From Protoeuglena noctilucae (taxonomy: Eukaryota): a stretch of DNA of 64,000 nt. The notes beneath the pieces are model-generated. The model was not told the origin of the DNA, ran no database searches, and saw nothing but the letters and a program-made list of their open reading frames with translations. A program made the translations under genes and the position numbers. Position 1 is the stretch's first letter, and the number at the start of each line of letters is the position of its first letter. Location of the stretch: contig OY253675.1 of assembly GCA_958009085.1 (NCBI GenBank), forward strand, positions 992,001 through 1,056,000, given 5' to 3'. This document shows positions 11,101 through 24,100 of this stretch, piece by piece.

Positions 11101-14100
11101 CGCGCACCAGGCCGTCGCTGTAAGCGTTGGATGAGTGGGCGGCCACGGCGGCCATCAGAGAGGCGCGGTCGGGGCGACTGCAAAGGGGGTGGATGGGGAC
11201 GATGGATCAATAAAGGAGAGGAGTATTAGAGCAATAACAGAGACGAAACGTGATGCTCGGTACTGCGACGCAACAGCATGCACCCATCGCACCGCATCCC
11301 CACCACCCCCCGTCCCTCACTGCGACATGCCCCTGCCGCCCTCCCCGTCCCCCCCGTACCCCCGCCCGACAGTCAAGAACCCCGCGTCGGCCAGCAGCTC
11401 CGCGAACTGCAGCACCGTGTCTTGCATCTGCTGCAGGGTGGACGAGCGCAGGAAGCTCCTCCGGCAGAACTCCTCCCTCTCCACGACGGTGCCCAGCGCC
11501 GACCACGACTCGTACGCCCTCTGCAGCGCCACGTGATCTGACAGGGCGCCCCCCGCCAGAAACGCCCGGACGGCCTCGGCCTCGCGTCTCATCTCCGGGG
11601 GCGGGACCACCCAGGGGTCCCTCTGGGCCAGCCCCGCTGCGATGACCAGCACCGGCTCCAGGCACCCAAACACCGTCCCGAGCACAATCATCTTGCCGAC
11701 CAGGGGGTCGACGGGGAGGTGGGCCAGGTGTCGGCCCAGGGGAGTGAGGGCATCTGTGGCGGGGTCCAGTGCCCCCACTTGGTGCAGCAGCAGCCGGGCG
11801 TTGTGGACGGCGCGGGCGCTGGGGGGCTCCAGGGCGCGGGAGAGGAAGGCCTGGGGGGATGGGGGGGGGGGGGGGTGGTGGGAGAGAGGGCATGAGGGGT
11901 GGGGTGGGGTGAGGGTGGTGAGGGAGAGTGGCTTGGTAAAGAGAGGCATGAGGGGACGGGAGAGAGAAATTTGGGGACTGGTAGGGGTGCAGCGAGATTG
12001 TTTGTTACCAACACGCTCCAAGACATCACGTTTTCAGATATCGCGCACCCATTCACCCATTCACCTCCCCGCCCCCTGCCCTCCCCTCACCTCCATGTCC
12101 CCCAGTCCCAGCGCCTTGATGGACAGGCACAGCTCCTCCAGCGGCGTCCTCTGCATCTCCGGCACCGAGTAGTTGGCCATGACGGAGTCGTGGAAGTCGC
12201 GGGGGTAAAGCTTGAAGCACTTGCCGGGGCGGAGGCGGCCCGCGCGACCACGGCGCTGGCGGGCGCTGGCCTGGGGTGAGGGTGGGGGTGGGGGTGGGGG
12301 TGAGGGTGGCGGTGAGCGTAGATCGAGGGTGGAAGTGGGGGTGGTAGTGAGGGCGGCAGTGAGGGTGGCAGTGAGGATGGCAGTGAAAGTGGCGGTGAGG
12401 GTGAGGGTCACATGGGCCAATCCATTACTCTAGTTACTAACAGTGCAAGTCTCACCTTGGACACCCACTGCGGCAGTAGCGTGGCCAGCTTGTTGAGGGG
12501 GTCGTAGCTCTTCTCCTTGGCCAGCCCGGCGTCGATGACGAACCCCACGTCGTCGATCGTGATGCTCGTCTCTGCGATGTTGGTCGCCAGCACCACCTTG
12601 CGCACCCCGGGTGGTGGGCGCTCGAATATCTCTTGCTGAGAAGCCGTGGGCATGCTGCCGTGCAGGGGGAGCACCCTCACCAGCTGCGGGTGTCGAGGGT
12701 TGGAGAAGCTGGGTTGGCACAGCACGTCGGGGTCAGCAAGGGCCCTCAACTCTAAGCTACCCCAGCCCTAGGCTACCCTCACATTCCCCCTGCCACCCAC
12801 CCACTCACCTTCTTCTGCCCCAGCACCCGGTTCCGCTCCAGCTGCCGCTGCAACGCCGAGATCTCCTCCCAGCTCGCCAGGAACACCAGCACCGCGCCCT
12901 CGCCCTCCCTCCGGCAAATGTGCTCCAGCACATCCTCTACCAACCCCAAGTCCGCCTTCAGCGCTCGCCCGGAGTTGACAGCATCCGCCCACGCCTCCAG
13001 CCCGGTCACCACGTCTGCCCGGTACCCCGCCGATATCAGAGATGCGCCGTTGGGCGTGTAGGGCACCCCCGGGGCCGCAGGGTAAGGGATCGAATCCGGG
13101 GAGAGCTCCAGGTCCGAAAGGGTGCGCAGAGGCGCGGGGAGGGGGGCGGAAACGTCGCTCAGACTCGCAGGGGTGAGCGAGGGCGGACGGGGCTCATCGT
13201 TGTCGTTGTCGTGAGCGACGTGCGCCTCGGAGTCCGATGCCACGCGATCGTAGGGGTAGGGGTACAAGTGCGCGTGGGACGGGTGGTGCGGGGCGAGGTC
13301 CACCTCCCGGGCACTCGCGGGGGCGCGGGCGCTGGGGTCCTTGGCGGAAGCAGCCAAGTGGCCTGCGTCAGTGTGACCTGAGTCAGTGTGGCCTGCCCCA
13401 CCCCCAGGGCTGCTCGTGCGGGGGTGCAGGTGCGCGGCGTTCAGTCCGGCGATGATGGCGGCGGCGTCTGGGTTGTTGTTGTTGCCGCCCCAGCTGTGGC
13501 TGTGGCTGTTGCTGGGCTGGGTGGCGGCGCTGGCGGTGGAGGTCTGGCGGCTGGGGACGGGGGGGCGGCGGAGGGACGCGCCCGTGATCTGGGGAGGGAG
13601 AAGAGGGTTGGCTATAGCACATACTATGCATTGGAAGATGTCGCATATATGCAGCAATCGAAGATGTTCTCGACATACAACAGTGCTAGATGTAAGATCA
13701 TCTGCACGGCATGTCTGTGGGGCATCACTGCACCAAGGCAGGGACATGCGAGGCGCCAGTGATGACCCCGTCATCCCACATCACGTTCGCCGTGGCTTTC
13801 CCATGCCCCTCGCCTGCAGCACGTCTTCGAGGAAGAGGTCCTGCACCGGGTGGGTATACCCCGGCACCTTCACCGTGGGGCAGTGCCCGAAGTAGGCAGA
13901 GAACAGTGCGCTGTTGAGGGTGGCGGACATGAGGACGACCCTCAGGTCGGGTCTCCTGGGCAGGAGGTCCTTGATGGCGATGAGGAGGAAGTCCTCGTTG
14001 CAGCCCCGCTCGTGGACCTCGTCGATGAGGACGTGGGAGACGCCGCGGAGGTCGGGGTCGGACGCCAGGCGGCGGAGGAGGATGCCCGTGGTGCTGGGGG

Positions 14101-16420
14101 GGAGGGGAGATGAGATGAGGTGAGAGAGGTGTGAGATGTGGGTGTGGGTGAGGGCAGGAGGATGCCCGTGGTGCTGGGGGAGGGGAGAGGGGGAGTGAGG
14201 TGAGGGAGGAGAGGTGATGAGAGCAGCAAAACGCCCGTCATGTTGAGTGATGTTGGGTCATTGAATGGTATGTGAACGGTGGCATGTGACCCACTGTGGA
14301 TTCTCATCCCGCATGCCTCACCACATGAGCAGCCTCGTCTCCGGCCCCCTGCTCGCCTCCAACCGCACTTGGTACCCCACCAGGCCCCCGATCGGCACGC
14401 CCGCCTCCTGGGCCACTCTGGGTGCGTAGAAAAGCGAGATATAGTTTGCGAAAACTGTTACATACAACTACTACATGTGACTATGGCTTACAGCTCGTTG
14501 AGTGATTGGTGGGTCAAGGGAGGCGCGGCTGCGATGATGCCGAGCAGTGCAACATGGGCAGTGCAACATGACAAAGCATAGCAACAAGATGGCATACCAA
14601 CGTGCGTATCTCACCTCTGCGCGACGCTGATGGCGCTGATCCTCCTGGGCTGCGTGCATATGATGCTGGTGCGCCCACCCATGCCGCTCGCGATGGCGTC
14701 CTCCAAAAGGAACTGGGGCAGCTGCGTCGTCTTGCCACACCCTGCGTGGGTGATCATGGCGACAGAGCTTGAAGAAAGGGTATGTGGAGAAGTAAGCAAC
14801 GTTGGAGGTGGGCAAGGCGAGGAGCAAAGAACAGGTGAGACGGCCAGCCACCTCTCGCCTGCCCCTCAGACCGATTCTCACCGAACTCTCACCCGTCTCC
14901 CCCGACACCACCACCAATGACAAAACCACCCCACCCCACTCCCACTCCACCCCACCCCTCACCCGTCTCCCCCAACACCACCACCACCACCACCACCACC
15001 ACCACTGATCAACCACAATAACAGCTCAACTCATCCCATCCCACCCCTCACCCGTCTCCCCCGACACCACCACCACTTGGTGCTCCCGCACTTTGGCCAG
15101 CAGCTCCTCCCGCATCTCCCAGCACGGCAGACGCTGCCGGGTCTCCAACAGCCGCTGCACCGACTCCAGCGACGCTCTCCGGGCCAAGTCAGCCTGCAGC
15201 GCTGCGCTGCGCTCCGCCACCACCTCCGCCGGGCCCCAGCCGTCGCCCGCCCGGGGGCCCGCGTGGCGCGGACGGTGGTCCGACGCCGTGGCGCTGCGGA
15301 GAAGATGCGGGGATTTGGTCACTGACACCGTTCGTGCCAGGGCAACGTGCCAGCGTGGCACGAGGTGGACGCACCCAACCCAAGTCTGCCGCACTATTTA
15401 ATACAGCAAATTGCACGTGTCTGCATGCGTCCGCTCTCCCTCACCCGCTGACGTCCGGCGGCTGTCCCAGGCACCGCAGTGCGTCGGCCAGGCGGGCGTG
15501 GGCGTCGGGGGAGAGCGTCAGCGTCCGCTCCACCCGGGCCTTGTGGTCCAAGTCGGCACTGAGAGTGATATAAGAGAAGAGACAGGTAAACGTCAAAAGA
15601 GATACACACGGCAGCCAGCACCACCCTCGAGTCAGTCTTGCACACCAGCAGTCTCATGTCCCTCTGTTGGTATGTGGACCACGACCCCCAAGCAAGACAG
15701 GGCGCTCTCACCGGTACTCCGGCAGCTCGTCCCGGCTCAGGCAGTGCACGCGGTCCTTCTTCTTGCCGTAGGCCTTGTAGTAGAGCCCCGCAGCCTCGGC
15801 CGCCCGCTGCAGCATCCGGCCGCAGTCGAGGCCCTCAGGGTCTCGGAACACCGCCTCCTGGGTGGCGCCAGAAACCAGCTGCGCCAGCGTCCACTGCAGC
15901 GCGTTCTCGTGCCGGGGGGCCTGCGGGGATCGGATGGGGGAGAAATGAGGTGACACTCGGCGGCCATCACGATTCATTGTCATGGCACCGATCGCACAGC
16001 ATGCGACGGGTCACAGATCACATGCGTCACGCCGCGGAGAGCGCGAGTGGATCGCCGGGCGTTGCAAGGAGTATCGAGAAAGCGAATCACAGCCCGTGCT
16101 CTAGTCCGTGGTCACACCTCTGGGACCTGGGCCCGCCGCCACGCGGGATCCCACCAACGCTCCTCGACCACATGCTTGGCCTTCTTCCCTGCGAAGGACG
16201 CGGGGGCGGCCGGCACGTCGAATTGGGGGAGGAGTCGCCTGGTGTCGGAGGCGGTAGCGAAAAGTGCGCGGCCCGGCCTCACGGGAGCAAGGCCCGCCGG
16301 AACGTGAATGATCGCGCCAGCATTTCGCGGGACTCACCTCGCTTCGCGCCTTTGGACTTCGACATGTCCCGCCCACTCCTTTGTAATGGCCTGCGCGGCG
16401 ACGCGAGGAGGCGTTCTCAT
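8139..16420 (-). CDS. DExH1: DEAH/RHA RNA helicase, plant DExH1 / DHX36-like, multi-exon, with a long low-complexity C-terminal tail
   Basis: [99 protein letters not shown]2 [24 protein letters not shown] 16420 is inferred from splice phase. Confidence 0.92.
10363..10462. repeat. About 50-nt tandem duplication in a helicase intron
   Basis: Two copies of agggagggtgtgagggtggggagagagagttgaggagatggggagaggtg. Confidence 0.85.
14076..14188 (-). repeat. Duplicated acceptor plus exon start (ccccAG|CACCACGGGCATCCTCCT) inside a helicase intron
   Basis: 14076-14100 is repeated at 14156-14180. Confidence 0.9.
14888..15076 (-). repeat. Two intronic copies of the helicase exon end VVVSGETG plus GTGAG donor
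   Basis: ctcacccgtctccccc(g/a)acaccaccacca at 14888, 14958 and 15047 (the true junction). Confidence 0.9.
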
Positions 16421-17508
16421 CCTCGATTGCGGCGCCCGGCGCAATCTATAACACATCTCTGAGCCATCCGTGCCGCTTGCGCGGCTTGGCGGCCGCCCTT
16501 GCCTGGCCGGCAAGGCGCCGTGATCGCGGCCCCCTCCTACCGTGGTCGATCACCACCCGCTGCTGCTCGCATGCCCCGGAGCAAGGAAATACGCGCTGGA
16601 CCTCGCCGGGAGAAGCTGGCGGGACGCAGACGCCTGTGAGGGGAACGGGGGAGCATCGCACTCTGGGCCTCGCATCTCGGGAGGTGTCGCCAGCACCCGT
16701 CCCGTGCCCCCCCCCGGCACTCCATGGACATCGCCTAGTCTAAACACAGATACGCGCAGACCCCTCACGACGTGGTGTGTGCGGGGAGGGGGGAAAAGTA
16801 GCTCGCGGGGGGTGCGCGCCCGAGGGGAGGCACGCCGCAGCGACCCGTCGGGCGCCCCCAAAGACGTCACCACACACGCGCTTGGTTGCAACACATCTCG
16901 GCTTTTCATACACACGCCGATTTCCGCGCGCGATCGCCGCGCTTGACCTTCCCCCCCAAAGTCCTTTAGCGCCGTGCACCCCGCGCGTGGAAACCCGAGG
17001 GTGGAAACAATGGTTCGAAAGCTGACGACAGGGCGAGTCCATCGGCAAGGACTGTGGCGCCGCGAAGGGGAAAATGTCGGCGAAATCCGCGCTGCAGCAT
17101 TTTCCCGATGCGGCCGAGGAGAAGCAAAAGCCGCGGTTACTCCTATCATCCCCCAATGTCTGGGCCCCGGTCACCTTGGGCTGCCGGCCGCACGTGCCAA
17201 GGACGCGAAAAACTTGGCGGCCCGTGCTCCTTCGCCCGGCGAGGGAAGCCCGCTCCCACAAAATGCCAAAACGGCTGGAATGCGCGATATTCTGGACCGC
17301 ACCGCCCATGCGGTCCGAGATTGCAGTCAGACGGACCAGCTGTCAGCTGGACTGGGCGGGCACCGAGCGATTCAGAGGCCGGCTGCCATGCGATACGACG
17401 AAGTCGCTTCAGTAGTTGCCTGGGACAACAACCAGCCGTCATCGCCTCACCCCGCGCTCCCGGGCGTCGATCCCGATCCACGCAGGCGCGGAGGGGAGCG
17501 GGCGCGCC

Positions 17509-20500
17509 ATGAGGGATCCGGCGGCCCTGAGGGGGGAGCTGGAAGCCCTCACTGCGGCAGTGGATGAGCAGGCTGCCAAAGTCCGATCCCTGAAGGAGCA
17601 GGCGACGCGGGAGTACGTCGCCAAGGTGATGGCTGCGCTGGCCGCCGAGAGGAGCTCCGGACGCCCTGGCCGCGGCGGTGGGAACCAAAGGTAGTGTGTT
17701 CTCCCTCGCCTCATGCAGCCGGTGATCGACGGGGAGGTCCAGACGCTGCTCGCACTCAAGGGGCGGCAAGCGGTCAAGAAGGACGAGGTCGACAGGGCCG
17801 AGAAAGTGGCGGCTTTCCTCGAGAAGCTCACGCTCGATGGGTCATCTTCCGCAGCAGCGCAACAGGTGGGGCGTAATAGGCGCGCGTGCGGCGGTGGCCG
17901 CGCAATCGCACGGGACGCCTTGCGGGCGGCCGTGGGATCGTCTCCTTGCCTCACCGCAGAAGTCCAAGGAAGCGGAGACGCTGTGGAGCATCCAATCGGA
18001 GCTCCACGCCTCTCTGGAGACGCTTCTGCACCAGGAGCGGGCGGTGTCGGAGGAGAAGGCGGCCGTGAAGGCGGGGACGAGCACCAAGGCACGCGGGGGC
18101 AGGGCCAGCGCACGCGTGACATACACATGCTCCCAAACCTGCTGTGTCTGACGTACCCTGTCGCTGGACGCCTCGCAGGAGGCTCTGAAGAGTGCGGAAG
18201 AGCGCCTGGCCACGCTCAAGGCCGAGTTGGCGTCGAAGGAGGAGGAGCTGAAGCGGGCGACGGGTGAGACGCCAATCGCATATCCGCCGCGCAGCAGCGA
18301 TATCTATACTGCGCAGATGTGGAGACACCTGTGTGCAGCTCATGCGCTTGGTGCCGGACCTCGTCCCGCCACATGCACTACGTACGGGCCCTGCGTGTTG
18401 GCCCCGGCCAGCAGATGAGCGTATGGATATGATGTGCTGTGTCTGCCTGCAGCCATGCTCCTGGGGGAGCAGATGATCACGCCGTGGGACGTCACGGGGG
18501 GCGCGGATGGCGGCATTGACTACGACAAGCTGACGAGGGAGTTTGGGTGCTCGCTCATCTCCCCGCTGCTCATCGAGCGCATCGAGAAGGTCACGGGGTG
18601 CCGGGCGCACCACTTCCTGCGCCGGGGCATCTTCTTTGCCCACCGGTGATGGTCGCACCCGTGTCTGTGATGCTCTGTTGACTCCTCACGAGCTCTTGCG
18701 CATGCGTCCTTGCGTCGCGTGATCTCCGCTGCTGTCACGGCTGCACCCTGCCTGCCGTGGCAGCGCTGCTTAGTCCAGGGCCAGCCGGTCCTCGCTTGCG
18801 TGGCCGGTGAGCACTCCATTCCCTGATCAATGGCCCATGCATCCTGCAGGGACTTGGAGGAGCTGGTTGCTTGCGTGGAGAAGGGCGAGAAGTTCTATCT
18901 CTACACGGGGCGCGGCCCCTCTTCCGAGGCTCTGCACATGGGACACCTAGTACCGTTCATGTTCACCAAATGGCTGCAGGCGAGTGCGAGGTGGCTGCGA
19001 GTAAGAGCTGAGCTGTCGTCCTGGACGCCACGGTCATTTTTTCACCGACGAAGCCCCAGTTGGGATCGACAGCTTTGCTCACGCCAACATGAGTTGGGGC
19101 CAGGTGATTTGCTGATGTCAGCAGCTGCCCGCCCCTCGCAGGACGCCTTCAAGTGCCCCCTGGTGATCCAGCTGACGGACGATGAGAAGTGTCTGTGGAG
19201 GAACCTGTCGGTGAGTCAGTGACCGCCGCTACACTCGCTGCCTGACACTCGCCCCCAATGCGACCCACACGTAACTCCCGTGACTATCGTGACGTCCTCT
19301 GTGGCCGTGCAGCATGAGGAGGCACTGCGACTGGCGAAGGAGAATGCGAAGGACATCATCGCCTGCGGATTCGACCCCGAGCGGACCTTCCTGTTCAGCG
19401 ACTTTGAGTACATGGGGGGCGCCTTCTACCGGTGAGCCTCAGTGACAGTTGCTTGCCACGATTTGGCAGTGCTGCTCCGCGCGGCCGAGTAGATCTATCT
19501 ACCCTGGGTGCAATGCGCAGTAATGCTATGCTTTAACATGAAACGTGCCACTGATCCTTTCCCCGACTCAGGAACGTCAACAAGATTGCGGGGGCCGTGA
19601 CGTTCTCCCAGGCCAAGGGCATCTTCGGATTTGAGAACACGTCCAACATTGGGCAGATCGGGTTCCCGGCCGTGCAAGCTGCCCCTGCCCTGCCGGACAC
19701 CTTCCCTCACATGTTTGGGGACAACAAGGCGAGGCGTCAGCAGCGCGTGGTTGGACTTTACGCCGTCTGTCACGCCTGGTGACATGTCAAGTTTACAAGC
19801 TGAGAAACAGTTGGCATCCCTTTCGATTGTTTCTTTTCATCTGCAGAAGGTCCGATGCCTCATCCCATGCGCCATTGACCAGGACCCCTACTTCCGCATG
19901 ACACGGGACGTGGCGCCGCGGCTGGGGTACCTGAAGTGCGCCCTCATCGAGTCGCGGTTCTTCCCGGCCCTCCAGGCGAGTCTCACCGCATCCCCGGCTG
20001 CCTTGCCTGAACTGCAGCCAGGGGCCCCGGCAGCGGCTGGCCCCGCCATCTATCGTGCCTGCTGCAGCAGTGGGCGGGGAACGCTAGCGAAGCAGCACTT
20101 GACTTGCGCTGTCCGCACCTGAAAGCACCCTCTCTTATGCCTTTTCAACTTCGTCGTCCGCAGGGCGAGTCGGGGAAGATGTCGGCCTCGGATTCCAACA
20201 ACGCCATCTTCGTGACTGACACGCCCAAGCAGATCAAGAGCAAGATCAACAAGTACGCGTTCTCCGGAGGGCAGCCCACCGTCGAGGAGCACAGGTGCGG
20301 GGTTGCATGGGCGCACGCCTGCAAGGCACAAAGCACGTGACAACAGCACGGCTGCAAACGGGGCCTCCTCTGCTGGGCCCCTGCAGGGAGAAGGGCGCCA
20401 ACCTGGCGGTCGACGTCCCGTACAAGTACTTGAATTTCTTCCTGGACGATGACGAGAAGCTGGCGGAGATCGCCAAGTGAGTGTGCCCCTGTGCACGCCT

Positions 20501-20724
20501 CCGGATGGCTTACGAGGGAAGTCGACCCAGTGCACACTCGTTATCTTCTCGGTGTTCGCAGGGAGTACTCGGCCGGCCGGATGCTGACGGGCGAGGTGAA
20601 GCAAGTCCTGATCGACCTGCTGTCGGAGATGACGCAGCGGCACCAGGAGGCGCGCAAGGCCGTGACGGACGAGGTGCTCGCCAAGTTCATGACGCCGCGC
20701 AAGATGGAGAACCTCTGGGGCTGA
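17509..20724 (+). CDS. WARS: Cytosolic tryptophanyl-tRNA synthetase with N-terminal WHEP/coiled-coil extension (13 exons)
   Basis: [87 protein letters not shown]. The upstream exons splice in frame. Confidence 0.95.
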
Positions 20725-21118
20725 AACGCGTGAGGAACACGAGTACTCGCGTGCCCTCGCGCGCCAGTCTGTGATGTCTGGCGCGCACGAGTGATGACTG
20801 CACTTTGAGCCTCTGACGCATTTCGGAGAACTTTCTATTGAAGCTCCCATGCGCTTGAGGCACGTCGTTATAGTGGGCTATCTCGCCTGATTGGGACCCC
20901 TGCATGACAGGCCCACCGATGACGGTCCCCGCACATGATTGAGCCTCTGAGCGTGACAGCGGCACAAAGACCTGCCGTGTCGAGGAGCTGACGGCGTAGT
21001 CCGGGTCTGCTGCCCTCCAGGCAGCCCGCATTTCGTTCGAAGAGACGGCGCTGGCGGCGGCCCTCCTGAGGCATCTCTTCGCGCACCGCCGAGCCTGCAT
21101 TCCTGCCATTGGACTGAC

Positions 21119-24100
21119 ATGCACTTCGACGAGCGACTGAAGGCGTACGGGCTGGCAAACGGGCTCGCAGCGCCGGCAAAGGTACGGACTTGCGCTGGGT
21201 CGCCCCTCCAGCGCAATCCGCTCCGATCTCGACGGAGTGCGCTGACAGAGATGTTACTCCTCCCCAGCTGCAGCTCGGTGGTGGGACTATCGGGACGATC
21301 GGCGCTGCCAACGCGTGGCGCCCGGCGCCCTCACCGGCGCGACTTCCCGCGCCAGCCCTTGCGCAGTCCCCTGCGCCCAACTACGCAAGGTGCGCTGCAT
21401 GTTTGCTCATTGTCGAAGTTCGGGACATGCGCAAAGGCGCTGCGATCTCTCCAGCGCGCGAACAGGGAGGAATGCAATTTGGGCGGCCCCTCAGACTCGC
21501 TTTACGGCAGCAGACACGCAATTTTGTGATTTCTTGTCACGTGCAGATACGGGGCAAGTGGTGCGGCTGCGCGGGGGCCCGCGGCGAGCGGCAGCGGCTC
21601 CACGTCGCTGCCGGCCGCGCCCGTGCTCCCCGGTGCGAGGTCCACAGGCCCGCTGACCCCGGCTAGCGCGCGGCTGAGCGGCGCGCCGAAGCGCAAGTCG
21701 CCGGGCTCTCGACCCTACGGCGAGGGGGAGGCGTATAAGCGCGTGATGGGCATCGACGGCACAGACCTCCTTGACCGAGCACGGCGCCTGGGCATTGGGG
21801 AAGACCGTGGCTGGTGAGCGTGCACGAGATCGGCTAGCGATCTCCGCCGTGTGCTGAATGTAAAGCCTGGCGCGATGGTCACACGCTTTGCAAATTGCAC
21901 TCTTGCCTCACCAGTCATGGCTCTGTGGCGCACGCAGGGACGTGTCGCGAGTCTTGCCGGGGGCTGACAGGGGCGTCTCTAAGGACCCCGTCGCTGCGTG
22001 GGACCGTGCCAGAGATGGCCGTGGCGCCGGTCACGCTGCGGGCGTGGGGCCCGCCACCCCTGTCCCCGTCACGCCCCCTCTGGTGCCAATGCGACTGGAC
22101 TCAGCGTACCCTAAGGAAGACCCGGTCCGGCCCCCAGCTGCGCCAGGTCACCGTGAGGTGCCTGTGCCAGGCGGAGCTCAGCATGACGGCCTTCACAACC
22201 CAAACCACCACGCAGCATGGGGATCCGATCGTGGGGTGTATCTAGACACGGCGGAGGCGGCCGCCCTTGCGGGGCGGGGCAACGACGCTGTGTGGAAAGA
22301 GCTACAGAGCCTCAAAGCAGAGGTGGCGGCCTTGCGGGGCCGTGGGGCGGATGCTGCGACGGGCGCAGAAGCGCGGGACGTCGGGGGGTGGGCTGCGGGG
22401 GCTAAGGTGGCTGGGCCGGGGTCGGGGGGCTCCCAGACGACGCCCAAGGGCGGTCTTCACGGCGTGGGTGCGGGGCGGGCGTGGGGCGGCGGCAAAGCTG
22501 GGGGTGGGGCTGGGGGTGGGGCTACCGACAGGGCCGGCCATGGGGCTAGCGGGTACCCCCACAGTGACCCCTGGGTCACTCCTGCAAGGGGCGTGCGGAG
22601 CGCAGGGCCCATGGTGGACGGAGGCGTGGAGCTTAGCCGCGAGGCGTATGCGCAGGCATTGGAGGCAAGGGACGCCGGTGTCACTTACGAGGCGCGGCCG
22701 AAGAGCGACCCGGGGGGGGCGGGGAAGGGCGGGGCGAGGTCGGAGGTGGTGCGGCAGGTGAGCGTGGTATGTACTGCGTTGGTGTGGATAGAGCAGGGCA
22801 TCCGATGAGCGAGCACGATGGTGGGGAGCATGTAGTTGATTGCATTTCCCGTTCATCGTCTGTTCAATCGCCCCGTGAATGGCAGGCGAATCAGAAGGAG
22901 CAGGAGCTGTGGGACCTCATGAAGGTTGCCTTGGCAGGAGCCCCGAAGGCGAGCACCAGCCTGGCCAGGGCGGAAGACGTGGCGCGGACGCTGGAGCAGG
23001 CGAGGCTGACGCAGCAGCTGCGGAATGCGAAGGAGAGGAGGGAGGCCCTGGAGGCGACGGCGGTGGGGGAGGGCGCGAGGGTGGCTGAGGACGCGTACGT
23101 GAAGGTGTGACCCGGGGAATGGCATACGCGCAAGTGACTGCATCACGGGTGCTGCTTGCTTACACACGGGCTACGATTCAGGCCAACATGTGCGGATCTG
23201 ACTGTGCCGTAGCCAAGTGATGCGGGTGTTGGCATGTGACCTGTGAGGTTTGCGTGGCCTCTGTTTGAGTCGTCATGCTGTGTGTTAAGCCACCGCTGTG
23301 TCGCAGGCCCACGTGGCGGAGCTGGCGGACGCATTGAGTCCCGGAGACGAGGCCAAGGTGGAGGAGGCTTTGAGTAAGAGCTCCCGCAGCGACACCTTCC
23401 CCGTCTGCAAGAACGCCGCAGTGGGGAACGACCGCACGCTGCTGGGCAGGGACTTCGTTACGCTGCGCAGGGGCATGTGGCTCACGGACGAGGTCATACG
23501 GGGGTACCTGCACCTGCTGCAGGTGAGGGAGGGGTCACGGGGTGTGCACAAGCCTTTGCGTGTGTCAACGATACGTCACCGCAGTTTGTCTTGGAGCAAA
23601 AAGTTTTTTTGGTTAGCCTGGCGCTTGTTCGTGCTGGGATGGACCGTTGCTGCCCTGCCCTGCCGCCCACGTCACGGCGGCGGCTGTGGGGTCGGTGGGA
23701 TATGCCAATGCGCTATGCCCTGTGCGAGTGGACATCGGGGTGAGAGGGTACCGGTTGCAGCCCGCGTCGTCGTCTTAGTCGTGAGAAAGCTGTCAATACA
23801 TTCCGCCCTTGGCAGCTTCTCCACGGCTTGTGACGACGACGCGGGCTGCGACCGGCACCCTGTCGCCGTATTTCCCATTATTTAGGCGCGGGCCTAGCGC
23901 CTTTGCGAGCCCCACCGACCTGTCCACCCCCACCGACCCTCGCCACCTCACCACCCCTCCCCTCAGAAGCGTGACGCGCGGTGGCGGGAGGAGGGCCGCG
24001 GCACCCCCCGCGTGCATCTCTTCCACAGCCACTTCTTCGCCACGCTGACGGGCATGCCCATGGGGGGGGAGTACAGCCGCAGCAAGGCCAAGTACGACTA

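Noticed and set aside
17020..17090. CTGACGA...GAAA hammerhead-like core
   Set aside because: The required stems I-III cannot be formed around the core.
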